NCBI GenBank assembly: GCA_041394785.1
Contig: JAWKHO010000014.1
Coordinates: forward strand, 20,101-84,100
Direction of reading: 5' to 3'
DNA from: Pyrinomonadaceae bacterium
GTDB taxonomy: Bacteria > Acidobacteriota > Blastocatellia > Pyrinomonadales > Pyrinomonadaceae
Length of the DNA stretch: 64,000 nt
Positions 55,467-64,000 of the stretch are shown piece after piece. The notes beneath the pieces are model-generated. The model was not told where the DNA came from. It did no database searches and was given only the letters and a program-made list of their open reading frames with translations. Position numbers and translations under genes: made by a program. Numbering within the stretch: position 1 is the stretch's first letter; every line of letters begins with the position of its first letter.

Positions 55467-56069
55467 ATGTCAGGTATGCCTATGGTTCGCGATCACGACC
55501 TTGTAGTTCAGGTATCGGGAAACGAACTTCTTATTTACGACCTTCAGAAAAACAAGGCATATTGCCTTAACGAAACATCTGCATTCATCTGGAATCTCTG
55601 TGACGGAACAAATACCGTGGCGGAAATATCGGGCAGGATCAGCAGCCGTTTAAGCGCACAGGTAAGTGAAGATTTTGTTTTGCTTGCGCTGAATCAATTT
55701 GCAGACGACGAACTGCTGCAGAATGATAACATCGCTTTCAGCGTTTCCGCCGGACTTTCGAGAAGAGAGCTGATCAGAAAAGTCGGATTTGCATCGGCCG
55801 TTGCGCTGCCCGTCATATCTTCGATAACAGCACCCAAAGCGGCATCAGCACAATCCGTTGCGCTTCTTGCCAACTGCACTCCGTGTTCGGAACAGAGCCA
55901 ATGCGCATCAGGCGTCTGCGCCTTTAACGTTATTTGCAGCCCGGGTGTTGGAACTGCGCAACCCGGAACTCCTGTTTTCGGTCAGTTTTGCGTTACTGGT
56001 TATCAATGCTGCAGCGGAAGCGCAACTCTAGTGGGATTCGATTCTTGTATTTGTGATCCTGTGACCTAG
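55467..56069 (+). CDS. PqqD-like (RRE-type) domain fused via a Tat-like/TM segment to a 10-Cys C-terminal module
   Basis: aa 8-85: LLIYDLQKNKAYCLNETSAFIWNLCDGTNTVAEI (PqqD-like). aa 98-128: SRRELIRK plus a hydrophobic stretch plus AASA. aa 129-200 contain 10 Cys. Confidence 0.6.
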   Translation: MSGMPMVRDHDLVVQVSGNELLIYDLQKNKAYCLNETSAFIWNLCDGTNTVAEISGRISSRLSAQVSEDFVLLALNQFADDELLQNDNIAFSVSAGLSRRELIRKVGFASAVALPVISSITAPKAASAQSVALLANCTPCSEQSQCASGVCAFNVICSPGVGTAQPGTPVFGQFCVTGYQCCSGSATLVGFDSCICDPVT

Positions 56070-56176
56070 TTGAAGCGTAGTTAATGCGCCTAAAACTACT
56101 TGCGTAGATAAATTAGAAGTTAATCAAACCAAAGCACTGTTTCTCGCAGTTTTGAACCGATACTAGACCAACCTAT

Positions 56177-56395
56177 TTATCGGTTCTGCTCCTTATAAGC
56201 CTGCACAGCTTCCGCCGAACCTGCGTGCATGATCTCCGGTTTGTGATATTTCCAGAAATGTTCGAATTCCTCTTCATTCATTTCGGGTTTTTCACCGCGG
56301 GTTTTTTCCTTCAGATAGTTTTCCGCCCACTCGCGCATTTCCATATTTGTGTTCAACGCCGTTCTTGCACCGTGCATCAAATTGTCTCGTTCCAT
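56177..56395 (-). CDS. Small hypothetical protein (72 aa)
   Basis: The ATG at 56395 is preceded by aaggagcagcaatt. The longer ORF-track version (to 56650) overlaps the M16 gene and is disfavoured. Confidence 0.4.
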   Translation of the reverse strand: MERDNLMHGARTALNTNMEMREWAENYLKEKTRGEKPEMNEEEFEHFWKYHKPEIMHAGSAEAVQAYKEQNR

Positions 56396-56489
56396 AATTG
56401 CTGCTCCTTGTGGTAATTTCTTGATTAAGAACATTTTCGCAAGTTTTGCGTAATAATTGAAATTCAAAATTCTGTGCCGGAGTTTCTTT

Positions 56490-57956
56490 GTGAAAAAATT
56501 TTTTGTATCAGCTTTTCTTTCCGTTCTCTTTTTATCCACCATCATCTCAGCGCAATCGGCGAATGAACTGACGGTTCCGTTTGTAAACAAAACCTTGCAA
56601 AACGGGCTCGAAGTTATCGTTCTGCCGGATTCATCGGTGCCGATCGTCACCGTCGAACTCGCGGTAAGAAATGGATCATTTACCGAGCCGCCTGAATTTA
56701 ACGGCTTATCGCATCTTTACGAACACATGTTCTTTAAGAGCAATCGCGCGGTATTGCTTTACCGCTGCGAGCTCGCTAGAAAATACAACCGCAACGATTA
56801 TTACGTCGGAGCCGGATGCGCTTCGCAGATGGCGTCAAAGGGCCAGATCGGTGATGTAACTTATCTCGATGACGGCGATCAACTGAGTATCAGCAATGCG
56901 ACGACGCGCGAGGAAGTCGTCAATTACTATATGACGACAACGAGCCAGTATCTTCCGGTCGCGCTTCGCTCAATGAACGATTCGATCCGCTATCCGACAT
57001 TTAATTCTCAGGAGCTTCAGGATGAGATCAAAGTTGTGATCGGTGAGGTGGATCGCAACGAGTCAAACCCTTTCTATTATTTAAGCGAAGAATCAAACAG
57101 CAGGCTTTTCTACGAATACCCGACACGAAAAAAACCGCTTGGAACGCGGGAAACGATATCTTCCGCCACGCGCGAAAAGATGCTGCTTATTCAGTCCCGA
57201 TATTATGTGCCGAACAATTCTGCACTGATCGTAACGGGCGACGTCGATCCCGAAGAAGTTTTTTCTTTGGCGGAAAGATTTTTCGGAAGCTGGCAAAAAA
57301 GAGCAGTAGATCCGTTTAAGGAATTTCCACTTGTCGAGCACCCGCCGCTGGCAAAAAGCGAAGCGGAGATCGTTGAACAGCCGGTACAGAATGTTTTGAT
57401 CCAGATCAGCTGGCAGGGACCTTCGATCGGTAAAGACGATGAGGCGACGTATGCGGCAGACGTTTTCTCTTATATTCTGACGCAGCCGAATTCCAAGTTT
57501 CAGAGGGCGATGGTCGATTCCGGACTGACTGCAGCGACCAACATCGGATATTACACGCAGAGAAACGTCGGACCGATCCAGATCCTGCTTGTTACGTCAC
57601 CCGATAAAGCAAAAGCAGCTCTGAAAGCCACTTACGAACAGATCGGACAATTTGATAAACCCGGATATTTTACTGATGAAGAACTGGCCAGCGCAAAAAC
57701 GATCCTCGAATCACGCGACCTTTATGACCGGGAAAAACTCAGCGAATACGCCCACACATTGTCATTTTGGTGGTCTTCAACCGGGATAGATTATTTCCGA
57801 GACTATTACAAAAATCTTCGCGCTGTAACGCGCGATGAGACAAACCGTTACGTCAGAACCTATATTCAGGGAAAACCGCACGTAACGGTCGCGCTTATGT
57901 CGCCGCAGTCAAAAGCAGAAGCAAATTTAACCGAAGCAGATCTAATTGGAAAATAA
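56490..57956 (+). CDS. M16-family zinc peptidase, active subunit (HxxEH), secreted
   Basis: HLYEH zinc motif. The signal peptide KKFFVSAFLSVLFLSTIISAQS follows a GTG start at 56490. The ORF is open from 56457. Confidence 0.8.
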   Translation: MKKFFVSAFLSVLFLSTIISAQSANELTVPFVNKTLQNGLEVIVLPDSSVPIVTVELAVRNGSFTEPPEFNGLSHLYEHMFFKSNRAVLLYRCELARKYNRNDYYVGAGCASQMASKGQIGDVTYLDDGDQLSISNATTREEVVNYYMTTTSQYLPVALRSMNDSIRYPTFNSQELQDEIKVVIGEVDRNESNPFYYLSEESNSRLFYEYPTRKKPLGTRETISSATREKMLLIQSRYYVPNNSALIVTGDVDPEEVFSLAERFFGSWQKRAVDPFKEFPLVEHPPLAKSEAEIVEQPVQNVLIQISWQGPSIGKDDEATYAADVFSYILTQPNSKFQRAMVDSGLTAATNIGYYTQRNVGPIQILLVTSPDKAKAALKATYEQIGQFDKPGYFTDEELASAKTILESRDLYDREKLSEYAHTLSFWWSSTGIDYFRDYYKNLRAVTRDETNRYVRTYIQGKPHVTVALMSPQSKAEANLTEADLIGK

Positions 57957-57960
57957 CCGT

Positions 57961-59322
57961 ATGAACTTTATCAGCAAACCCCTACACAAAACCGGCAGAT
58001 CACTTCTGCTGACATTTCTCTTCCTGGCACTTGCCGCTTCAGCTTTTGCGCAGGCAACGAGAAGCGGGATCGCGGCCCAGGCAAATCTTGTTTCTGAATT
58101 TGATGTGAACGGACTTAAGGTCCTCGTAAAACGCCGCGCCAGTGCACCGACCGTTTCTGCCGGTCTGTTTATCCGCGGCGGAGCAAGAAACATAACTGAA
58201 GCAAACGCCGGGATCGAAAGTTTTATGCTCGATGTCGCCGCCGAAGCAAGCACGAAATATCCGCGCGAAGTTGTGAGACGCGAGCTCGCCGGAACCGGCA
58301 GCAGTATTGCCGCGGGATCGAACAACGATTTCAGCGTTTTTAGTCTTGCTTCAACGCGGCAGAATTTTGACCAAGCGTGGGATATTTTCACAGACCTGAT
58401 CCTGAATCCGACGTTTCAGCCCGAAGATGTCAACCGGATCCGGGACGGTATTGTTACCGGTTTGCGCGAACAGGAATCGGATGCCGACAATTATCTGCAG
58501 ATCCTGCAGGACCGCGTTATCTATGCAAACCATCCATACGCAAACGATGTAAACGGAACGATTGAAACCCTGACCGCACTGACGCCGAAAGACCTGCGTG
58601 ATTACCATAAAAAGGTGCTGGAAACATCACGGCTTCTTCTTGTTGTGGTCGGCGATGTAGATGCCGAGGACCTGAAAAAACGCATTACATCAACACTTGG
58701 AAAACTCCCGCGGGGAAATTATAAGGAAACTCCTTATCCGGCGCTCGATTTTTCAAGATCGACATTGGATATTTCGTCGCGTTCTCTTCCGACGAATTAT
58801 GTTCAGGGCGTCTTTGACGCGCCGTCGCTGAACAATCCGGATTATTCGGCAATGCGTGTAGCAATGACGCTGCTTCAGGGCCGCGTATTTCAGGAAGTCC
58901 GCGTCAAACGTCAGCTTTCTTACGCGCCGAATGCCGAGCTCAATTCACTTTCGTCAAACACCGCAAACATATATGTGACTGCTGTCGATGCAAATCAGGC
59001 CGTTGCGGTGATGCTGGATGAGATCAATGAACTAAAAGTTACTCCGATCACCGAAGATATGATCTCGAGTATTACCGGACATTTTCTGACACTCTATTAT
59101 CTTGATCAGCAGACAAACGGAGCGCAGGCCGGAGAACTCGCAAAATATGAATTGATCGGAGGCGGGTGGAGAAATGCGTTCCGGTTTCTGGACCGCGTGA
59201 GAGAAGTAACGCCCGCTGATGTTCAGAGAGTGGCGGGCAAGTATATGAAAAATATTCGTTTTGTTGTCGTCGGTAATCCGGCTTCGATCGAACGAAGCGT
59301 CTTCCTGCCGCAGGCCGATTAG
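57961..59322 (+). CDS. M16-family peptidase-like subunit lacking HxxEH (non-catalytic partner), secreted
   Basis: M16 fold-like length and layout. The HxxEH position reads SFMLD. Signal peptide ...ALAASAFAQ. The gene is nearly contiguous with the preceding gene. Confidence 0.7.
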   Translation: MNFISKPLHKTGRSLLLTFLFLALAASAFAQATRSGIAAQANLVSEFDVNGLKVLVKRRASAPTVSAGLFIRGGARNITEANAGIESFMLDVAAEASTKYPREVVRRELAGTGSSIAAGSNNDFSVFSLASTRQNFDQAWDIFTDLILNPTFQPEDVNRIRDGIVTGLREQESDADNYLQILQDRVIYANHPYANDVNGTIETLTALTPKDLRDYHKKVLETSRLLLVVVGDVDAEDLKKRITSTLGKLPRGNYKETPYPALDFSRSTLDISSRSLPTNYVQGVFDAPSLNNPDYSAMRVAMTLLQGRVFQEVRVKRQLSYAPNAELNSLSSNTANIYVTAVDANQAVAVMLDEINELKVTPITEDMISSITGHFLTLYYLDQQTNGAQAGELAKYELIGGGWRNAFRFLDRVREVTPADVQRVAGKYMKNIRFVVVGNPASIERSVFLPQAD

Positions 59323-59338
59323 ATCTAACTACTTCCGT

Positions 59339-59704
59339 CTAGATGACAAGCGCAAAAACCGTACCTGACCAGGTTGAAAAATCGTTGATCATTTTGCCGG
59401 AGACGATGCCGACGGCGGTAAGCCCGGTAAAAAAGTGGATCGCCATCAAACCCAGATAAATTCCCAGCGCGAGCGTCAGACCGTATCGCGCAATTTTAAA
59501 ATGTCCCCAGCGCGAGAGAACATAAGCTGCCGCTGCGCCGACAAACACCTTTACAGCAAGAAAAGGAAAATCACCCATATCAAGCAAACTTGCCATTAAA
59601 TGATTACCTTCGGTCGCAAATCCGTTCCTGACCCAGTAAATGGTGAAAACGGCATCCAGAAAATTCAAAAGGAAAAGCAAAAGCGTTTGACGGGTTAGCT
59701 GCAT
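59339..59704 (-). CDS. Small membrane protein (DUF5658-like)
   Basis: LLFLLNFLDAVFTIYWV...EGNHLM pattern, 4 TM segments. The family assignment is from memory. Confidence 0.45.
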   Translation of the reverse strand: MQLTRQTLLLFLLNFLDAVFTIYWVRNGFATEGNHLMASLLDMGDFPFLAVKVFVGAAAAYVLSRWGHFKIARYGLTLALGIYLGLMAIHFFTGLTAVGIVSGKMINDFSTWSGTVFALVI

Positions 59705-59915
59705 TTAAAACAATTATCCTTATGTTAAATTTGTTTAAACTTCACCCCTAAAACAACTTTACCCTCCGTCCTAATAGATAAGACTTCGGGTAAATTGACG
59801 TGAAAATTAAACTTACGATCTGTTCGTTGTTTGTACTATATGTTTAATAACGCCGGGATTCAATTTTTTTTGAAAAAACTTTTTGCTGCAGGTTTTTGCG
59901 GAGCACAAAACAAAA

Positions 59916-60145
59916 GAGGCTGTCTGAAAAGTCCAAATTAAGCGGTGAAACCGCAAATAGAAAGTAGCCAGATGTGAAACATCTGGAATGTGTTGGTTAA
60001 AAATCAAGCCCTGAAGGGGCGTAAGAACTGCTTTCTTACGCCCCTTCAGGGCTTATAACCAATCGTCGATCTTTCCAGATGTTTCACATCTGGCTACTTT
60101 CGGTATGCCGCTTCACGGCAAAAAGATGGCTTTTCAGACAGCCTC
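59916..60145. repeat. 230-bp hairpin-mosaic palindromic element, copy D (appears identical to 22241..22470)
   Basis: A base-by-base read against 22241..22470 found no differences. The orientation is the same. It is flanked by an A-run and a T-run. Confidence 0.9.
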
Positions 60146-60172
60146 TTTTTATTCTCAAAATTAATTAGCTCT

Positions 60173-61036
60173 TTACTTTAGTGCCATTTCGTTTTCTTTT
60201 CCGATCTCTTTTAGCCTCGCTACAACCTTATCGATCAGCCAGTTCGGCGTAGATGCGCCGGCGGTAACACCAACTCTCTTCGCGCCTTCGATATCGGAAA
60301 CATTTATTTCGTTTTCGGTCTGGATCAGAAAACTCTTCTCGCACTGCTCTTTGCAAACAGCGACAAGCTTGCGGCTGTTTGAAGAGTGTTCACCGCCGAT
60401 CACGTAAAAAACATCGACCATTCCGGCAAGTGCGCGCGCGGCATCCTGCCTGTCACGCGTTGCCGAACAGATCGTATTTATGATCTCTACCTCATCATCG
60501 GTCTTTCCTTTAACGGCTTCTGCTGTTTCAAGAAATGTCTGAAGCTTAATGGTCGTTTGCGAAACAACAAGCGGCCTGATCAGTTTCGGCAAGCCTTCAA
60601 CCTCGGATTTGTCCTGGATAACAAAAGTATGTTCCGGTGCATACCCCTTTACCCCGATCATTTCGGGGTGTTCAGGATTGCCGACGACGATCACATGCCG
60701 GTCCTCGTTTGCGGCGCGCGATGCAAGTTTCTGAACCCGCGTGACAAACGGACAGGTAGCATCGACGACCTTTGAAGCCTTTTCTTCGAGTTCCCTTTGA
60801 ACTTCGGGAGTCACGCCATGAGCGCGGATCACCGCTGTCTCACCTTTCTGGATCTGAGAAGGAAGATCGATCGTCGCTACACCCTTACCGTCGAGACGTT
60901 CCATCTCCTGCGCATTGTGGATCAGCGGTCCGAGTGCGCGTACTTTCTCATTTTGCGCCAGCGAATCTTCGACCATATCTACCGCCCGCTCGACGCCAAA
61001 ACAAAATCCGTATTCATTTGCCAGTAAAACTTCCAT
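60173..61036 (-). CDS. ispH: 4-hydroxy-3-methylbut-2-enyl diphosphate reductase
   Basis: The start MEVLLANEYGFCFGVERAV, then ATCPFV and SSNS motifs. 287 aa. Confidence 0.9.
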   Translation of the reverse strand: MEVLLANEYGFCFGVERAVDMVEDSLAQNEKVRALGPLIHNAQEMERLDGKGVATIDLPSQIQKGETAVIRAHGVTPEVQRELEEKASKVVDATCPFVTRVQKLASRAANEDRHVIVVGNPEHPEMIGVKGYAPEHTFVIQDKSEVEGLPKLIRPLVVSQTTIKLQTFLETAEAVKGKTDDEVEIINTICSATRDRQDAARALAGMVDVFYVIGGEHSSNSRKLVAVCKEQCEKSFLIQTENEINVSDIEGAKRVGVTAGASTPNWLIDKVVARLKEIGKENEMALK

Positions 61037-61132
61037 AGATCATTTCCTGCTATTAAGCCTTTATCAAAGTCAATCTTATCAAATGTAAAGTTCGAATGTT
61101 AGTCAGCTGCCGATAAAAGCGCTCGAACGAAT

Positions 61133-62998
61133 CTATCGTATTGGCTCACGAAGTATAATTTCGGTCGCGATTCGCGCACGTTTTGCGGCTTCGGGTTTTG
61201 ATCTTTTCAGATTCGCCACCTGCATCAAAGCCTCTCCTGTCCGCGAAAGCAGCCGCACCAGATCTCCTTCCTCCGCTCCGGTTTTCCTGATAAGTTCCGG
61301 CCACGGCATACCTTCCGCCCACGCTTCGGCGGCAGCAGCAGCGGAGAAGTTTATTTCCTCCGCGGGTTCAACGCCCATGTCCCATTCGATATCAGAAACC
61401 TCAAAAACTATGTCTTCGATCTCCTTCAGCACACCGCCGAGTTTCTCAGACATATAGAGCTTTCCGTAATCGCGTTCCGCATCTGCGGCCAGTGAAGCCA
61501 TCACACCGGCGATCTGCGGCGTTTCGAGTTTTTCAAAAATACCCCGCTTGAGCGCTTCACCGACGTGGACCGGTTTATCAATCCTCAGATCTGCCAGCCA
61601 TTCCCCTTCTTCGGTGATCGCCTGCAAAGCAAAATCGAGATAACCGAAATGATCCAAAACGCGTGCTCGGTTTTCAAAAGGGAGCCAGATCTCATTCCTT
61701 AGATACTCAATATCTCTTTCGATACCGTTTATCGATCCGGCATCCGCGCTGCTTTCCCAAAGAATTTGTTCCGCTTCGTTTCGCTGTTTTTCCTTAAGAT
61801 CAGCCGAGTAGAATTTCTCGAGCAGCGAATCGATCAGCGCGGTCGCTTTTTCATTGTCTTCATTGATCAGCGAAACTTTAGGCTCTTTGAGCACCGGGTT
61901 TTTTCCTTCGTAGATCTCGATAAACGCGTTTTCAATTGACTGTTCATCAATACCGTACTTCTTTTTGTAAACCCGCTTGATCTGCGAAAGCGGAATCGTT
62001 GCGCCTCTCCCGGTATCCCGCATCACCGAAACCTTATCGCCAAAAACATCGAGAACCAGATAAAACTGCCTTCCGCTTTTGCCCTTTGAAACCAGCCGTC
62101 CGCTTTGCACTTTTTCCTTAAGCCATGAATGTCTTATGTCCGCACGCGTTTGCGGGAGACTTTCGCGAAGATGCGCCTGAGCGCTCAGCAGACGTTCAAA
62201 ACCGAAAACATCAACCATCGTGATCCGTCCGCCGGTCTTTTCGGTTCTTTCAGCAATATTCTGCTCGATGATCCGGCGTTCTTTATTAAGACCTGAGATC
62301 CGCCTCGCGGTCGTACGAAAAGCGAAACTCTTTTCGGCAATTGCGCGGATATGCTCAAAGCCGCCAAACGCATCAAGCAAATTTAACAGGCTCGAATATG
62401 TCGCCCGAAATTTGCTCTCAAGCGGATCGGGCGGCGACGTCAGAAGTGTTGCTATTCGCGGCGGATTCTGGAAGTTACTCGGAGCCAGAACTACAAACCC
62501 GACATTATCTTTTCCGCGTCTTCCTGCGCGGCCCGTCATCTGCTGGAGTTCGTTTGCCGAAAGCGAGCGCCAGCCGTCATCTCCGCGTGTGTCCGCGTTT
62601 GAAATGACGACGGTTCGCGCCGGAAAATCAACGCCGGCGGCAACCGTTGAAGTAGCAAACAGCGCATTTACAAGCCCCTTTGACATCATTTTTTCGATCA
62701 GAAATTTCCAGGCCGGAATATGTCCGGCATGATGCGAAGCGACACCGTTTTGGAGAAGGATCTTCCGGTGTTTGTGGTTTTTTATTTCGGGGCTTTCTCT
62801 GACAAACTCGTTGAATATTTCCCAACGCTCTCCCTGTTTATCGATGTCGATCTTCTGAGTTTTATCAAATGCGACTTCCGTCGCCGCTTCATCGCAGCGC
62901 CGGCGTGACGGCACAAAAATTATCGCCGGAAGAAGATCAAAAGCACGCAGGGCGTTGATCAGACGCGGCGGTGGAATTTCGGGCATTCTGAATCTCAC
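61133..62998 (-). pseudogene. Ski2/HelY-like superfamily-2 helicase, C-terminal part only (RecA2 plus C-terminal domains), probably 5'-truncated
   Basis: It starts at the RecA2 entry LLPAIIFVPSRRRCDE and has HHAGHIP, TSTVAAGVDFPARTVV and QMTGRAGRRG (motifs IV-VI). There is no Walker A/DExH region. In-frame stops lie immediately upstream, and a divergent gene starts at 63114. Confidence 0.55.
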
Positions 62999-63113
62999 GT
63001 GACGATTCTAACCGAACGTCTAGAAGGAGCAAGGCCGGATTGCGCATTTCGCTGATAACGTATTTGAAATCCGGTTCTTAGCGCGCCGGCTTTGTTTGCG
63101 GTAAAGTTCTTTT

Positions 63114-63500
63114 ATGAACGATTCACTTTCTAAATGGCATGAATTTGTCAGAACCCAAAACGCCGCAATTTTGTCGGAACTCCTTTCCGAAGACGTCAGA
63201 TTCCATTCACCTTTTGTCTGGAAACCGAAAGAAGGAAGGATGATGACAACCGCAATTCTGACAACGGTTACAACTGTCTTTGAAGAGTTCAAATACATTC
63301 GTGAGATCCTCAACGAGAACCATTGGGCTCTTGAATTTGAAGCGAAGGTCGGAGAGTTTACGGTTCGCGGAGTTGACCTGATCGAGATAGATACTGAAGG
63401 AAGGATAATCGATTTCGAGGTTATGATCCGCCCGGCAAACGGACTTCAGGCGCTCGGTATGGAAATGACAAAAAGGCTCAGCGAAAAAGGATTGATCTAA
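63114..63500 (+). CDS. NTF2-like / SnoaL_2 family protein
   Basis: About 128 aa with the WHEFVRTQNAAILSELLSEDVRFHSPF... pattern typical of SnoaL-like polyketide-cyclase-fold proteins. Confidence 0.55.
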   Translation: MNDSLSKWHEFVRTQNAAILSELLSEDVRFHSPFVWKPKEGRMMTTAILTTVTTVFEEFKYIREILNENHWALEFEAKVGEFTVRGVDLIEIDTEGRIIDFEVMIRPANGLQALGMEMTKRLSEKGLI

Positions 63501-63985
63501 TCAGCCGCCTTTAAATTCGGTCCTTCAAACCGAATCCGGTAAACCACATGTCCGGCGTTTTCAAAATTGAAGGATTCGTAGAAGTTAACTGCGTCTTTGT
63601 TTTTCTCGTTTACCCTTAAAACTAACTCCTGCGCCTTTATATTATTTGCAAGTTTCACGGCTTCATTAATCAGAAGGCCCGCTATGCCCTTTCGCCGCAT
63701 ATCCTGATCGACAAAAAGCTCGGTAATCTCGACGCTTGGGTTTTTGTAACACACGGAATGAAAAATACTTGCGACCGTAAAACCAATGAGCATGCAATTT
63801 GTTTCCGCAACAAAAACCGCGCAGTCAGTCTGCTCTGAAAGCACGTTCTCTATCCGATCGAGATCGGTTTCGACGAGATCATCGCCATTAAAACGCCTGT
63901 TTATCTCAACAAATCCGGAAGCATCTTCCGGTACCGCCCGCCGAATAACGATCCCGCCTTCTGAATGCCTTAGTGAGTCAGGCAC
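63497..63985 (-). CDS. GNAT-family N-acetyltransferase
   Basis: Acetyl-CoA loop MRRKGIAGLLINEA (Q/RxxGxG/A), about 160 aa, with a GTG start. Confidence 0.75.
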   Translation of the reverse strand: MPDSLRHSEGGIVIRRAVPEDASGFVEINRRFNGDDLVETDLDRIENVLSEQTDCAVFVAETNCMLIGFTVASIFHSVCYKNPSVEITELFVDQDMRRKGIAGLLINEAVKLANNIKAQELVLRVNEKNKDAVNFYESFNFENAGHVVYRIRFEGPNLKAAD

Positions 63986-64000
63986 TCAACGCCTCCTTCG

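Noticed and set aside
56396-56650. N-terminal extension of the small minus-strand ORF (157-aa version)
   Set aside because: The extension overlaps the M16 peptidase gene and its signal-peptide region on the opposite strand. The internal ATG at 56395 has a good aaggag RBS, so only the 72-aa version is retained.
1-64000. tRNA, rRNA, tmRNA, RNase P or SRP RNA genes
   Set aside because: I scanned the intergenic regions by eye for cloverleaf-like or otherwise familiar conserved cores and recognised none. A tRNAscan/Infernal run would be needed to exclude them formally.

Overview
This is a 64-kb bacterial chromosomal segment of about 50 genes. By inference it comes from an Acidobacteriota-like genome. 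The grounds are three CarboxypepD_reg-type TonB-dependent receptors, a TIGR02999-type ECF sigma factor next to a Ser/Thr kinase with TolB-like propeller repeats, and secreted M16 peptidase pairs. I could run no database search. Housekeeping genes I recognise are tdk, dacB (PBP4), gpmI, pta, a SulP transporter, mazG, a phosphomannomutase and ispH. The accessory content is as follows. (1) The left edge carries a 5'-partial clostripain-like C11 peptidase with a 14x MGGREGTK tail, followed by a DUF4071/TPR plus trypsin-like protease. (2) An AT-rich three-gene operon encodes an HTH protein, a Fic protein and a Type IIG restriction-modification enzyme (the mobile mystery protein A/B pair plus Eco57I-like enzyme). 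(3) An IS110-family element with IS1111-type layout is inserted in one arm of a nested palindromic repeat. It has a long 3' non-coding end that is a candidate bridge/seek guide RNA. (4) A family of hairpin-mosaic MITE/REP-like elements occurs at five or more loci, including two apparently identical 230-bp copies. (5) A roughly 3.2-kb cassette (AraC, NmrA-like, DUF4345, DUF1772) lies between a methyltransferase gene and a diverged fragment of a paralog's last 33 codons. (6) A PqqD-like domain is fused through a Tat-like or TM segment to a 10-Cys C-terminal module, next to an M16 peptidase pair. Further oddities are heptanucleotide repeats inside a hydrolase gene, a 134-nt G-free pyrimidine tract, phased CAACT repeats, and a 5'-truncated Ski2-like helicase. 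I recognised no rRNA, tRNA or CRISPR array. All functional calls rest on motifs read by eye from the supplied translations and sequence.
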